NCBI RefSeq assembly: GCF_018350175.1
Contig: NC_058368.1
Coordinates: forward strand, 107,448,001 to 107,512,000
Direction: 5' to 3'
DNA length: 64,000 nt
DNA from: Felis catus
Lineage: Eukaryota
The position numbers and the translations under genes were made by a program. A model generated the notes under the pieces. That model did no database searches. It was not told the DNA's origin and saw nothing but the letters and a program-made list of their open reading frames with translations. Positions 24,831-39,242 of this stretch are shown in pieces; the first letter of the stretch is position 1, and each line of letters opens with the position of its first letter.

Positions 24831-27277
24831 GATAATGTCATATGTTCAGAACTAAGTACAACTCAATTAAAACTCATTCAAATAGCATTTGTGTCCTTGC
24901 TGTCAATCTTGATTAAAGCCACCCTTACCTGTCTTCCTATATATTATTGAATAAAACACTGCACACCGCTTCTGATACCAGTGACCTAGAAGTCCTCCCA
25001 TTCCTCATCCTCCACGCATGTAAAAGCCATATTCAGATGTTTCAGGCCACCAGTCAAATAATCTGTGTCAGGTCTCTGGAGGGTGTATTACAGAGCCCTT
25101 CCTTTTCTGTAGTACCTTGGGTTAAATAGTATAGTAATGAATAAGTTGTGTTTTTTTAGAATTTCCTGTTGTTGCTGTTGTTTTTTTATTTCCAGTCAAA
25201 CCTATCGTCTCTGTGTCCCATTCTGAGCCAATCTAATAAGACAGTTGGTTAATGTTTGGTTCTCATGAGTTAAAATGTCATCTTAAACCAGCTATCTACT
25301 TTCTCTGTTCTACATGGCTCTAATAGTGTTCCATCTTACAGAGGACCATGGTCCACTTCTAGCCCCTGCCCCTCACTTTAACTATTTAATTTCTACCTCC
25401 CCTCCAAGGCCCAGGCAAGCATTTGCTGTCCATGAACCAACTTGAAACCTTTAGCTTACTCTTAAGTCCTTCTTCCTAAAGTTTCCAAGGCCCTTGCTGC
25501 ATACTTTACTTATTTTATTCTTGCTCCTTTCTGTTTCTTCAAATGTGTCTGATCTTATTTTCTAGAAAGTCCTCACGATTTGAATTATGACATACAATGT
25601 TATTATTTCTCTTGGAAGCTGTATGGCATAGGGCCAAGTTAAAAAAAAAATGTCCAACAGATGGTAACTGAATAGAACTTTAAGAGGTACTTAGTAGAGA
25701 TATTTTTTAAATTCCAGTTAGTTAACATATGGTGTAACATTAGTTTCAGTAGTAGAGTTTGTTATTTGCTTACTGGAAGTATTAAATGGAGTGATGTTTA
25801 GGCAGGAATTTCAAATCATCATAACTGTGGAAGTAAATATTGGGGGATTTATAGGCTTCTTGACACTTTCTATAAAGCCATATTTGTGGTGACTTACTTA
25901 GCATTTCACACGAACAATTTGACACAGAATCATACAGAATAGTACAAGACCCAGTTTGCCACACAGTAGTGTGGCACACAGAGAAATGGAGTTTTTGCTC
26001 TTACTGTGGATGATACATTTATATTACCAAGTATAAAGTCTCCTTGAAATAGACTAAAACACAAACTTCCATTACACCATGGATTTTGTGTCCATTAACA
26101 GTCATCCTCTAGATTTCTGAGTACTTTCTGAGTTCAACAGTTAATCAGAACTTTCTGGAATTAGTGATTTTAACTTAATTCTAGCCGTTTTTTAAATTTT
26201 CCTTTGTACTCACATGCCAATTTAACAAAGAGAATATTAATCAACCCCCCCTACATATTCCATAATACATGTTTAGAATAGCAATTCCAAGGTGACAAGG
26301 ATATTACACAATAAATTCATATGGGTCCCTCACTAAACAACTGTAACTGAATCTCAGATTTTATTTAAATGGATATTATGTGATCATTATGTAGCTCAAA
26401 AGAGTTCACTGATGTCCATCATATGATAATTTGGAACATGCACTTGGGAAGGCACTAGGGATACAAAAAATTAATAAAATATTTTATCAGCACTCAAGAG
26501 CTCAAAGGGGGAAATAGATAAGCAAAGAAACATAATGTCATAAGTACAATAGTAGAAACATGTATAAATTGAGTAATCATTGGTATGCCTTGAAGCTAGC
26601 ATGGAAGAATAAGAATTTACTAGGAGAAAAAGGAGAGCAGCACATGGAGAGAACAGCTTGAGCAAAGGTGCAGAGGTGGCCATGGGGGAAATGCTGGCCT
26701 TTAGCCCACCTTCCTTTTTTTCCTTCCCCCAGCTGTATGTCTTATCCAGCTTTGCTTTCTCAAACAATTCAATGGTCTTTGGCCATTCCTATAATCTAGG
26801 AATGATCACCTGGAAGATGTCTAAATTCAAGAAGGTGCTTCTACGGAAAAGGGCTGGTTACAGGTATTGGATATGCTATTGGCGCCATTTGGGCTGGGAA
26901 TTTACCAGGGTTTCAGGCACCAGATGCATGGCTTTACTGGTGGGGGTTGGGGGCAGCATACAGTATCACAGTGAGTTTGTCCCTTGGCGTCCCAACTCAT
27001 AGCTGTTAGGGCATAGTGAAAGACAAACCAGAGAAGGGCCATCTGAAGTATGTTATCTAAGCCAAGGTATGATCTTTCCCAAGTTTAAGGATTGTCTCTG
27101 TGATCTTTTTTGTTTTCTGTTTATGAGAAGTGCCAGTGTATATTCACATCTTGGTTCCTAAAGATACTTTTCCAGATCCTAATGTTGGTAGTATTGTATT
27201 TTCCATGATAGGATGGTCAATAATGATTGCCTCAGTGAGACAATGAATAATGAGCAGAATTACTTAAAATAAGTGAT

Positions 27278-27496
27278 GGGGACGCCTGGGTGGCTCGTTC
27301 AGTGAAGTATCTGACTCTTAATTTTGACTCAGCTCGTGATCTCACCATTTGTGGGATGGAGCCCCACTTGGGGCTCTACACTGACAGCACCGAGCCTGTG
27401 TAGGCTCTTTTTGTGTCTCTCTGCCCCTTCCCCACTAGGGCACCTGGGTGCACACTCTCTTTCTCTCTCAAAGTAACATTTTTTAATTAAAAAAGT
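27278..27496 (+). mobile_element. CAN-SINE with TSD
   Basis: AAAATAAGTGATG on both flanks. Confidence 0.9.
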
Positions 27497-30400
27497 AAAA
27501 TAAGTGATGAAAATGTAGCCCTGCTTATAGTTGGTCTTTGTTTTTAAAGTCATGTTTAGTTTTTTGTTGCAGCTTCATACAACTAAATGTAACAAGATGT
27601 TTTTCCTAATTTTCAGCAAGAATGCAACACTTTTCTCTAAAAGTTCTGATAGTTAATGTTGTCTGTGACCTTCTCTGGGGGAAAACAGTTCAATTAACTG
27701 CTGTATTAAAAAGTCATTTGCTGTGAGAAAAGAGCACTCATCTTGATTCCATCTCATTTTCATAATCCTTTGAAACACCTTACACATAATGGAAAACAAA
27801 TAAGTATGCCAGACAATTTATCGAGTCAAATAGCAGTTCACCCCCTTTTCTCTCATGTATTTATCTTGCTATTTCTGCTTGAATGTTTTATCCTCTGGGT
27901 GAATGCAGTGTTTTTTAATTATTTTGAAGAAAGCTTAACAGAGATAGGCATAATCCAATTAAAAATAGTCTTGTTCCTGCAGCTTTGTTACCTATTGTAG
28001 AAATTTAATTCTTGCTATAACTTTGGTTGATAAACATGTTAATAAGAGATTTTACTGAGAAAAATTAAAGCTTAAGCAAGAGATATTCCCTAGACACAAT
28101 AGCCTCCTCTACAAATGATAATTTCTTACATTTTTTTTTTCTGGTGAAAATTCTAACATGTCCCCAATGATTAAATTCCATGGTCCTCTAATAAAATAAC
28201 TTATCTTTACTTTGATATGAATAATCAGAGAAACTAATTACACATTCTGTCTGTACTTTTTCACCCTGTCTGTTAACATTTACTTTTCAGACAATGGCAT
28301 TAGTGATTATTGGTTTTAAATATCTGAGTATTATTGAACATTAGCAACTGATAATTAATTAACATTAATTAACATTGTCATCTCAGTAATTGTTTACAAA
28401 CTTCATTTCTGTGTGGAATAGAATTTTTTATATAAACTTACTGATTTTTGCCTTTGTAGTACCATGACAATTACATAAGTATGTTGGGAAAATATACTGA
28501 TACATTTTGAATATAAGTAGCAAACATAGGAAATACAGACACACTGGAGCGTATATACAGAAGACAGGCTGCCCAAGGCAGAAGGTTACCTGTATTTGAT
28601 TCATTCTTAACAATATTTTTTGTTGCTATCCTTTGATTTCAACTATTAATGTAAAAGTCCCAGAGCTCCTAGAAGTGATGCTGTGTGCCTAGTAGGTATT
28701 CTTTAATGTAAAATTGCTGAACCATCTATGAGCTGTATTCTGGCAAAAAGACACTCAGAAGCAGCTAGTTTACATAGCTTTGTGTTCATTCCTATATCCT
28801 TGGTTAAGATTTGCCCATGATTATTAAACTTCATCTGGGGAAGTGAACCCTAGTTTCATTTCACCATGTGATAGATTTGGGAAGTGAATAATTCTGGAAG
28901 AACTTAAAAATAGATTCTGTTTTATTTCATGGACGTGTAGTGGGAGATAAAGTGGCAGTGAATCCTACAGTTCTGTATCACTTTGGGCTGGATCATGAAA
29001 GCCAAGGCAGAAGAAGAGTAGTTTAGCCTTTCTCAGAGATAACAAAAAGTAGCAGAAGGCAGAAAGCCTGAGGTTCAATGCCATTGAAAGGACATGGTGT
29101 GGAGGAGACTTGTAAGAGAAAGCCAAGAAACTGGGAAAGGAAAGGTTTGTATGAAGAAAGGGTGAATGGTGTGAAATACCATTGAATGGTCAAGGAAGAG
29201 GGGCTGAAAAATTTTATCTGTGTTTATAAATTTGGAAATTTGGGTGACTTTACAGAGAGATTTCAATGGAATGATAAACAGCAAATATAGAACTTCCAAG
29301 AAGCTCGAATAAGAGATAATTGTTTTGTGAAAGAGAAGATTGAGAGGGATTAGTTAAGTTTGAAAGACCTCTTTGAGAGTGTGTTGTATTGTGTCCTTTT
29401 CTAACATGCACTCTAGTATAAGGTTTTAAAATTTTTAAGGGAAAATTTTAATTTTTACATAAATTTTACTCTACATAATTTTTAAAAGTAATTTTATGAA
29501 TAGAACACTCTGTTTTCACCTTCAATTTGAATAAGTTATTAAGCAGTTTTTCACATAGATACCTTACCCAGCTTAATGTAATATGGACTGAATTCATAAC
29601 TTTAAGTAACATATAGCTGTGATTTGTAGTACTTTATGGTTTGTTTGCTTCCAGTGACGTTAGTACAGTAAAGATTCTAAATAATAATAAAAATGTGTTT
29701 CTGACTAACCATACTAGTTATGTACAGTGTACTTAGAATTGCAGACATTAGTAGTATCCATAAATTCACTAGTATACTAGTTTTTCTTAACAAAAATGAG
29801 TTTTAGAATTTTTCCTGTGCCCTCAACTCCAAAAGCTTCCTACATTCTGATTCCAATGATATGTTGTAATCCATCACTTACTTGCTCTAATTGTTTCTTT
29901 TGACTTAGTTTATAAAAGTGGTAAAAACATAGTTCTGAGACATGAGCTAGACTTAGTGCAGTGTGGTCATCATTGACACATGTAGTCTGGAGGGAGGATG
30001 GGGACAGAGGTATGAATAATACAGCGCATTCATTCAGTCTGCATATGTCTCAGCGCAGTGAACCTTGTGGGATAAAAAAGTCATGACAAACTGAGTAAAG
30101 GCTAGCCTTCAGAGCAAAGAACCTCAAGTGTATCAGAGGTTTCATTGTATCAGATGAGGAAGGAAGCCACAGGGTCATGGTGTATAAATTTGCATTAGAA
30201 AATTTGGGTATGAAAGTGGCAGAAAAGGAAAAAAAAAGATTTTGAAAGAAATTAAGTTTCCCCCAATCCCTGTGCATTATCAGGCTGTTGTGGCTTGGGA
30301 ACTAAAGTAGACAATCTTGGGTTTGTAATGAGTGAACACTGGTTTGAGGATATATGGACAAAATAAAGGCACCTTGTTTTTAAATTTGAACAGTATTGTA

Positions 30401-33400
30401 CTATAAATAATAATATGAAAAATAAGTGTGAATTCAAAGTTAAATAATGACAGATTTCCTCAGGTATCCTTTTAGGTGAATGATCAGTCACATCTTCCAT
30501 TTGTCCTGAATCACACAGTGCACTCATCAAAAGGCATTGATTTTTTTTGAAGTGTTTATTTAAATTCCAGTTAACATATAATGCATTATTAGTTTCATGT
30601 GAACAATATAGTGATTCAGCCCTTCCATACAACACCTGGTGCTTATCACAGCAAGTGTATTCCTTAATCCCCATCACCTTTTTTACGCCCCACCCACCTC
30701 CCCTCTGGTAACCATCAGCTTGTTCTCTGTAGTTAAGAGTCTCTTTTTTGGTTTGTCTCCCTCTCTCTTTTCCCTTTGTTTGTTTGTTTTGTTACTTAAA
30801 TTCCACATATGAGTGAAATTATATGGTATTTCTGTTTCTCTCCCTGACTTATTTCAGTTAGCATAATACTCTCTAGCTCCATCCACATCATTGCAAATGG
30901 AAAAACTTCTTTTATGGCTAATATTCCGTTGTATATTTATATCTAACACCTCTTCTTTACCCATTCATCAGTCAATGGACATGAGCTGTTTACATAGTTT
31001 GCTGATTGTAAATAATGCTGCTATACATGTTGGGGTGCATGTATCCCTTTGAATTAGTATTTTTGCATTCTTAGGGGAAATACCTAGTAGTGCATTTGCT
31101 GGATCATAGGTTAATTTTACTTTTCAACTTTTTGAGGAATCTTCATTCTATTTTCCAGAGTGGCTGCACTGATTGCATTCCCACCAACAGTGCAAGAGGG
31201 TTCCCCTTTCTCTACATCCTCGCCTACACCTGTTGTTTCCTGTGTTAATTTTAGCCTTTACGACAGGTGTGAGTTGATACTTTATTGTCGTTTTGATTTT
31301 TATATCTCTGATAATCAGTGCTTTTGAGCATCTTTTCATGTGACTGTTGGCCATCTGTATGTCTTCTTTGGAAAAATTTCAATTCCTGTCTTCTTCCCAC
31401 TTTTTAATTGGATTATTTGTTTTTTGGGTGTTGAGTTTATAAGTCATTTATGTATTTCGGATACTAAACCTTGATCAGATATGTCATTTGCAAATATCTT
31501 CTCCCATTCTGTAGGCTGCCTTTTAATTTTGTTGATTGTTTCCTTCACTGTGCAAAAGATTTTTAGTTTAATGTAGTCCCAATAGTTTATTTTTACTTTG
31601 TTTCCCTTGCTTCAGGAGACATATCTAGGAAGAAGTTGCTACAGTCCATGTCAAAGAGATTACTGCCTGTGTTCTTGTCTAGGATTTTTATGGTTTCATG
31701 TCTCACATTTAGGTCTTTTATCTATTTTGAATTTATTTTTGTGCATGGTGGAAGAAAGTGGTCCAGTTTCATTCTTTTGCATGTTGCTATCCAGTTTTCC
31801 CAGCACCATTTGTTGAAGAGGCTATCTTTTTCCCTTTGGATATTCTTTCCTGCTTTGTGAAAGATTAATTGACCCTATAGTTGTGGGTTCATTTCTGGGT
31901 TTTCTATTCTGTTCTCTTGATCTGTGGGTCGGTCTGTCTTTGTGCCAGTATTGTACTGTTTTGATCACTGCAGCTTTGTAATCTAACTTGATGTCTGGAA
32001 TTGTGATGCCTCCGGCCTTGGTTTTCTTTTTCAAGGTTGCTCTGGCTATTCAGAGTCTTCTGTGGTTCCATAAAAATTTTAGGATTGTTTGGCCTAGTTT
32101 TATAAAAAATACTTTGGTATTTTCATAGGGATTATATTAAATATGTAGATTGATTTGGGTAGTATAGACATTTTAAAAATATTTTTCTCCCAATTTCTGA
32201 GCATGAAATGTCTTTCCATTTCTTTGTGTTCTCTTCAGTTTCTTTCATCAGTGTTTTATAGCTTCCAGAGTACAGATCTTTCGCCTCTTTGATTAGATTT
32301 ATTTCTGGATATCTTACAGTTTTTGGTGCAGTTGTAAATTGTATCAATTTTTTGGTTTCTGTTTCTGCTGCTTCATTATTGGTGTATAGAAATGCAACAG
32401 ATTTCTGTGCATTGATTTTTTTATCCTGCAACTTTGCCGAATTCGTGTATCATTTCCAGTAATTTTTTTGGTGGAGTCTTTTGAATTTTCTACATAGAGT
32501 TTCATGTCATCTGTGAATGGTGAAATTTTGACTTCCTCCTTGCCAATTTGGACGCCTTTTATTTCTTTTTGTTGTCTGCTAGCTGTGGCTGGGACTTCCA
32601 TTACTGTGTTAAATAACAGTGGTAAGAGTGGACATTGCTGTCTTGTTCATGATTGTAGAGGAAAAGCTCTTAGTTTTTCCCCATTGAGTATGATATTATC
32701 TGTGGGTCTTTCATATATGGCCTTTATGATGTGTTATGTTCCATCTATCCCTACTTTTTTGAGGGTTTTTATCAAGAATGGATGCTGTATTTTGTCAAAT
32801 GCTTTTTCTGCATCTGTTGAGAGGATCGTATGGTTCTTATCCTTTTCTTTATAAATGTGTATCACATTGATTGACTTGCAAATATTGAACCGCCGTTGCA
32901 GCCCAGAAATAAAACCCACTTACTCGTAGTAACAAATTCTTTTAGTGTACTGTTAGATTCAGTTTGCTTGTATTTTATTGAGAATTTCTGCATCCATCTT
33001 CATCAGGGATATTGGTCTATACTTCTCTATTTTAGTGAAGTGTTTGTCTGGTTTTGGAATCAAGGTAATCCTGGCTCCATAGAGAGAGTTTGGGAGTTTT
33101 CCTTCCATTTCTATTTTTTGGAACATTTTGAGATGAATACGTGTTAAGTCTTCTTTATATGTCTGCTAGAATTCCCCTGGGCTCTTGTTTGTTGGGAGAT
33201 TTTTGATTACTGATTCAGTTTCTTTGCTTCTTAATGGTCTGTTCAAATTATCTATTTCTTCGTTTCACTTTTGGTAGTTTGTATGTTTCTAGGAAATTGT
33301 CTCTTTCTTCCAGATTGCTCAGTTTGTTGGCCCATAATTTTTCATAATACTCTCTTATAATGGTATTTCTGTGGTTTTGGTTGTGATCTCCTCTCCCGTT

Positions 33401-33539
33401 TGTGATTTTATTTCTTTTGGCCCTTTCTCTTTTCTTTTTGATATGTCTAGCTAGGGGGTTATCAGTTTTATTAATTCTTTCGGAGAACCAGCTCTTAGTT
33501 GCATTGATCTTTTCTACTGTTTTTTTGTTTGTTTCTTTT

Positions 33540-33755
33540 TTTTTAAGTTTATTTATTTATTTTGAAAGAGAGAGCACCTGTGCATGAGCAAGGGAGGGGC
33601 AGAGAGAAATAGAGGGAGAGAGCAGGAATCCCCAGCAGGCTGCATGCTGTCTGCATAGAGCCAGATGCAGGGCTTGAACTCACAAACTGTGAGATCATGA
33701 CCTGAGCCCAAACCAACAGTTGGATGCTTAGCCACCTGAGCCACCCATGTGCCCC
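33540..33755 (-). mobile_element. CAN-SINE inserted in L1 ORF2
   Basis: Typical SINE body. TGTTTGTTTCT occurs on both flanks. Confidence 0.88.
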
Positions 33756-35484
33756 TGGGTTTTGTTTGTTTGTTTCTATATTGTTTATTTCTGCTCTAAT
33801 CTTTGTTATTTACCTTCTTCAGCTGGCTCTAGGCTTTATTTGCTGTTACTTCTAGCTCCTTTAGGTATAAAGTTAGGTTGTGTATTGAGACTTTTCTTGC
33901 TTTTTGAGATAGGTCTCTATTGCAGAACACTTCTGTGTTAGAACTGCCTTGTTGCATCCCAAAGGTTTTGGACTGTCATGTTTTCATTTTCATTTACTTC
34001 CATGTACTTTTTAATTTCTTCTTTAATTTACTGGTTAACCCATTCATTCTTTAGTATGATGTTCTTTAACCTCCACGTGTGGAAATTTCTTTCCAAATTT
34101 TTTCTCATAGTTGGCTTCAAGTTTCATCTTCAAGTTCCATAGCATTGTGACGTCAGAAATGATACGCAAAATATCATCTCAGTCTTTTTGTAGTTGTTGA
34201 GGCCTGATTTGTGACCCAGTATGTGATCTATTCTGGAGAATGTTCCATGTGCACTTGAAAAGAATGTGTATTCTGGTGTTTTAAGGTAAAATGTTCTGAA
34301 TATATCTGTTAAGTCCATCCAGTTCAGTGTATCAGTGTCATTTAAAACCATTGTTTCTTTGATTTTTCTGCTTAGATGATCTGTCTGTTGCTGTAAGGGG
34401 GGGGGGGTGTTGAAATCCCCTACTATTACTGTATTATTAGCAATGAGTTTCTTTTTGTTTGTTATTGTTTTATATATTTGGGTGCTTCTAAGTTGAGATT
34501 ATTAGATCTTACTGTTTGATAGACTCCTTAATTAGGATATAGTGCCCATCTTCATCTATTGTTATAGTCTTTGGTTTAAAATATGGTTTGTCTGATAGAA
34601 GCATGGCTACTCTGGCTTTAAGGTCCATTAGCATGATAGATGGTTCTCCATCCCCTAATTTTCCATCTGGAAGTGTCTTTAGGTCTAAAAATTAGTCTCT
34701 TGTAAGTGGCATATAGATAATTCTTGTTTTTTTATCCTATATAATACCCTGTGTCTTTTGATAGAGCTTTTAATCCACTTACATTTAGAGTAATTATTGA
34801 TAAAAATTTAATGCCATTGTGTTACCTGTACAGTTGCTGTTTCTGGAGATTTTCACTCTTCTTTGGTAGTCATTGTTGCTTTTGGTATTTCTTTCCCAGC
34901 CAAAGCATCCCTTTTTATATTTCTTGCAGGGATGGTTTAGTGGTCATGAACTCCTTTAGTTTTTGTTTGTTTGGGAAACTCTTTATCTCTCCTTCTATTC
35001 TGAATGACAGCCTTGATGGATGAAGTATTCTTGGCTGCATTTTTTTTCTCTTCGGCACACTGAATATATCATGCCACTCCCTTTTGGCCTGCCAGATTTC
35101 TGTGGAGAGATCTGCTGTGAAACTGATTTTTCTTCCCTTGTAGTTTGTTTTCCCTTGCTGCTTTCAGGATTCTTTCCTTATATCTATAGTTTAAAATTTT
35201 TACTATAATTTTTTTGATGTTGATCAGTTTTTGTTGAATTTGATGGGAGTTCTTTGTGCCTCCTGTATTTCAATGTCTGTTTCCTTCCCAGATCATGGAA
35301 GTTTTCAACTGTAATTTGCTCAAATAAACCTTCTGCCACTTTTTCCCTCTTCTTTTTCTGGGACTCCTATGATAGGAATATTATTATGCTTTATGGAGTT
35401 GCTGAGTTCCCTAAGTCTACATTCATGGTCCAATACCTTTCCTTCCCTTTTCTTTCCTGCTTAATTATTTTCTCTAATTTTATC

Positions 35485-35693
35485 TTTTTTTAAGTTTATT
35501 TATTTTGAGAGAGACAGAGACAGTATGAGTGGTGGGTGGGTGGGAGCAGAAAAAAGAGAGAGAATCCCAAACAGGCCCTGCACTGCCACCTGTAAAGCGC
35601 AACACAGGGCTTGAACTCAGGAACCTTGAGATGATGACCTGAGCTGAAACCAAGAGTCAGACACTTAGCTGACTGAGCCACCCAGGTGCTCCC
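35485..35693 (-). mobile_element. CAN-SINE inserted in L1 ORF1
   Basis: Ends CACCCAGGTGCTCCC. TAATTTTAT occurs on both flanks. Confidence 0.88.
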
Positions 35694-36054
35694 ATAATTT
35701 TATTTTCTACATCACTCATTTTTTCCTTTGCTCTGTCCTTGTTGTCATTACATCCAGTCAGTTTTGCATCTTGATTGTTACATTTTTTATTTCAGCCTGA
35801 CTGGTTTTTAGTTCTTTTATCTCTGCCATAAGAAATTTTCTAGTGTGTCTTTGCTTTTCTTGATCCCAGCTAGTATCCTTATGATTGTTGTTTTAAATTC
35901 TGGTTCAGGCATATTACTTATATCTGTATAAATTAAATCCGTGGTCATGATCTCTTCTTGTTCTTTCTTTTGGCGTGAATTTCACCATCTTGTCAATTTG
36001 TCTAGGTCACTATGTATTTTTGTGTTGGAAAAACATATTAAATTTCTTACTCCT

Positions 36055-36280
36055 GGGGTGCCTGGGTGGCTCTGTTGGTTAAGTGACTGATTTTTGGTTT
36101 TGGTTCGGGTCATGATCTCTCAGTTCATGAGATCAAGCCCTGAGTTGGGCTCTGTGATGACAGCACAGAGCCTCCTTCGGATTCTCTTTCTCCCTCTCTC
36201 TCTGCCTCGTGTGCAGTTGGCTCGTGTGCAGTCTCTCTTTGTCTCTCTAAATAAATAAACTAAACTAAAAAAATAAATAA
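36055..36280 (+). mobile_element. CAN-SINE inserted in the L1 5' UTR
   Basis: GGGGTGCCTGGGTGGCTC head. TCTT(A/G)CTCCT occurs on both flanks. Confidence 0.88.
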
Positions 36281-37825
36281 ATCTTGCTCCTCAGAGTAAT
36301 GGCTGTATTGAGAAGAGGTCCTCCACTGTCCAGCCCCTGACACTTCAGGAATTGTATCAGAGTGTGCACTCTGCTGTTGTGTTGTTTTGACTGCTCTTTC
36401 CCTCAGGTCAGTCCTCTGTAGAGTTTCTTCTTGCTTGCCATGGGGAGTGTGTGGACTTTGTCCCATGTGTGGTGTTTTAAGTAGGTATGCTTTAGTCTAC
36501 TTTTTAAAATAAACCTGATCATATTTCTACCAGTGATGAAGCTTTGCAGCACTCTATATAATTAGTAGAGTTGGTGCATGTTGGGAGTTTGTGCTCATCT
36601 TCTTGGGGAGGGGTGTACTGCTCAGGTTCTCAGGATGACTTGCCCTACTAAAGATGCACCTACAGGGAACAGTAGGGCAGGACTTGGTGTAAGTGGCTCC
36701 AGCCTCCATGGGGGGCACTGTGATGCTCACTGAAGTCTGTCCATGCTAATGTGGGGGGGGGATTCCATCATCCTGTTGTCTCCTCCCTGGAGAGGGGGGT
36801 TCACACCTGCCTCTGTTCAGGAAGCCTTCACAGACAAGTGAACAGTCTCCCTTCTTGTGTCTCAGGCTTCCATCAGAACCCTGCTTTTACGCTGTATGTC
36901 CAAGCCATCTGCTTGCCTGGAGCCATAGTACTCCTGTGTTTTATTTCAGCTGCATGGCTGGGTTTCAAGAACTCTAAATTTTAAGGGCATGGCATTGACC
37001 CCTGCTCATCCTCTGGAGGAGGATCTCAACATGCTGTGGCTAGTGCCAGTTTGTCATAGAAAAGCAGTTGCATGACTCTGCAGGGGGCTTGGGGTTTATG
37101 GTAAAGCACAGCCAAAAGCTGACTTCCAAGTTAGCTGCCTTCAACAATTGCCTCTGCTGCTCTGATAGTTAAAGGGAGGCAGTGCCACTTCTCCCAAATG
37201 CACTCCAAGAAGACCCAGAGATCCTCAGACCATGCTGTCCACTCCCACGCCTCTGCCTTCCTTCCCCATAGGAGTACTACTGGGCCTGCCAGGCAAAGGC
37301 ATGGACTTCTAAAACTTCAGATTTTGAGCTCTGCTGCTTATAAAAACTTGTGAAAATCATCCGTTTTCCTTTTCCCAGCCTTCTCTCCCTCTTTCTTTCC
37401 CTCTCTTCTCTCCATATCAGGGCTCCCTCCCCTCTGCAGCACCCACAATTCTTATCTCTCCCAAATCTCTCCAAAACTCCTACCTTCCACGATGTGGCCA
37501 TTTTTCACCCTCTAGATGTGCAGTTTGTTCTTTCAGTCCTCACATCAATTTCTTGGGTGTTCAGGATGATTTCATATTTATCTAGCTGTGTTTGAGGGAT
37601 GAGGAAAGCATAGGGTCCTTCTACTACTCCCCCATCTTAACTCTAAAATTATACTTGATTCTTCATCTTATTTAAATCAAATATGAATGGATAAGCCAAT
37701 CTTTATATTATTGATTGCTAAAATCTTTATAATAAAAAAAAAAAACCACTTAGGAATTAAGAGAAAAGAATATTTCTACACACATTCATACAAACTTAGC
37801 TTTGATTTAAAAATAAGATCTTTAA

Positions 37826-38033
37826 GGGGTGCCTGGGTGGCTCAATTGAGTGTCTGACTTTGGCTCAGGTCATGATCTCGCAGTTTGTGGGTTTGAGCCC
37901 CACATAAGGCTCTGTGCTCACAGCTCAGAGCCGGAGCCTGCTTCAGATTCTGTATCTGCTTCTCTCTCTGTCCCTCCGCTTCTCATGCTCTCTCTCTCTC
38001 TCTCTCCCTCTCTCTCTTAAGAATAAATAAACA
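37826..38033 (+). mobile_element. CAN-SINE (SINEC_Fc-like) with TSD
   Basis: TSD TTAAAAATAAGATCTTT at 37807-37823 and 38034-38050. Confidence 0.92.
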
Positions 38034-39242
38034 TTAAAAATAAGATCTTTTAGATGTTGTTTCCTGGGAGGAAAATACAATTTAGAAAATCAATTAAACA
38101 TCAGAAGACATATAGGAAAAAGCATAAATTTGAGAGCTTTTAAAAAATACCTCTTTTGGGATAATTGTATTAATTTGTTGTTTTAATTTAAAAAAATTTT
38201 AATGTAAAAATTAGGAAGGATTCCTTGATATGAATACTGAAATATTTTTTTTATCAGAACTGTTCTACTACAAAAATGTGACATTGTTGACCATATATAG
38301 TCTTGATTTACTAGTCACACCAAACAATGTGAAAAAACAAACATACGATGCCTTAGGATTTAGGAATTTTTTTGTGTGGCACTCTGTTTTTTTTAACTCC
38401 AAAATAACTTGAAAACATTTTGTGAAAAGAAAATGCTATAATTATTAAGGAAAATGATATGATTATGAAGGGGAATATAAGTTATGGCAATCAAGTTCTA
38501 GGTTTTACTATGTAAAGTATCAAGAAATGCATCTAATATTCCCTTTATATAAAAGAGTCTAAATGTTGTTCTGATCCATGCTGTATTCTTATATCACTTT
38601 AATTATGAAGGATTCAAATTATATGGTCAACTACAGAGAATAATACTAAAACAGCACTTACCTTTTATGTTTATCAAGAGAAGTGAAATAATGTTTGCCG
38701 AAATTACTTCAGTAATATAGAGATCTTACCAAGAAATGAAAAGAACTATGAATGTAACTGAAAGTGATGCACATTAATAAATAAGGTCAGCTTCCACATT
38801 ATTATGGTATAGTATTAAGAGCCACATCCTGCACGTTAGGATAATTTCAGGAGTTTCTATTGCTGGCTAAGCCCGGGAAAAATCCTTTTACCTATCTTTT
38901 CCTGGTCTGATATTCCAAAGTTACATGATACTGTCTTGAATAAAAGTTAAGGTTTTCAATGGAAGCTACTAGAAGCAAAATGTATAAACTTGTGCGGGTA
39001 TGGTATCATATAGTAATAAAAGCTGTCATTAATTCACAAGAAATTAAGAGTTAAAGTGTATAATTATTAAGGTATGATGAAAAATGCTTTATGAAAATAT
39101 CAATTGTATTTGAGGTTTACAATTACTGTTTGAAAAAGAATAAAAAAGGACTAAATAGAATAAGGAGCTAATACATAAAATAAATGCAAAAAAGGAGAGA
39201 TTTTGTAATTGATAATAAAGAAAATGTATCTCTCATATATAT

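Larger units (their letters stand above)
30541..37645 (-). mobile_element. Near full-length degenerate LINE-1 (carnivore L1 type) with three SINE insertions
   Basis: 5' end GTTAAGATGG...GACCCTATGCTT at about 37641. ORF1 remnant at about 35990-34900 (NMPEPEFKTTIIRILAG). ORF2 remnants include DLTDIFRTF/HGTFSRIDHILGHK (EN), [18 protein letters not shown] and [10 protein letters not shown]. 3' UTR and poly(T) at about 30541. Confidence 0.93.

Noticed and set aside
26732..26863. Plus-strand exon candidate after a strong polypyrimidine/CAG acceptor
   Set aside because: The donor is weak (AG|GTATTG) and the peptide is unrecognisable. It cannot be supported without transcript data.
30525..37660. Target-site duplication for the full-length L1
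   Set aside because: The flanks (AAAAGGCATTGA and AAAATTATACTTGA) are too dissimilar to call a TSD.
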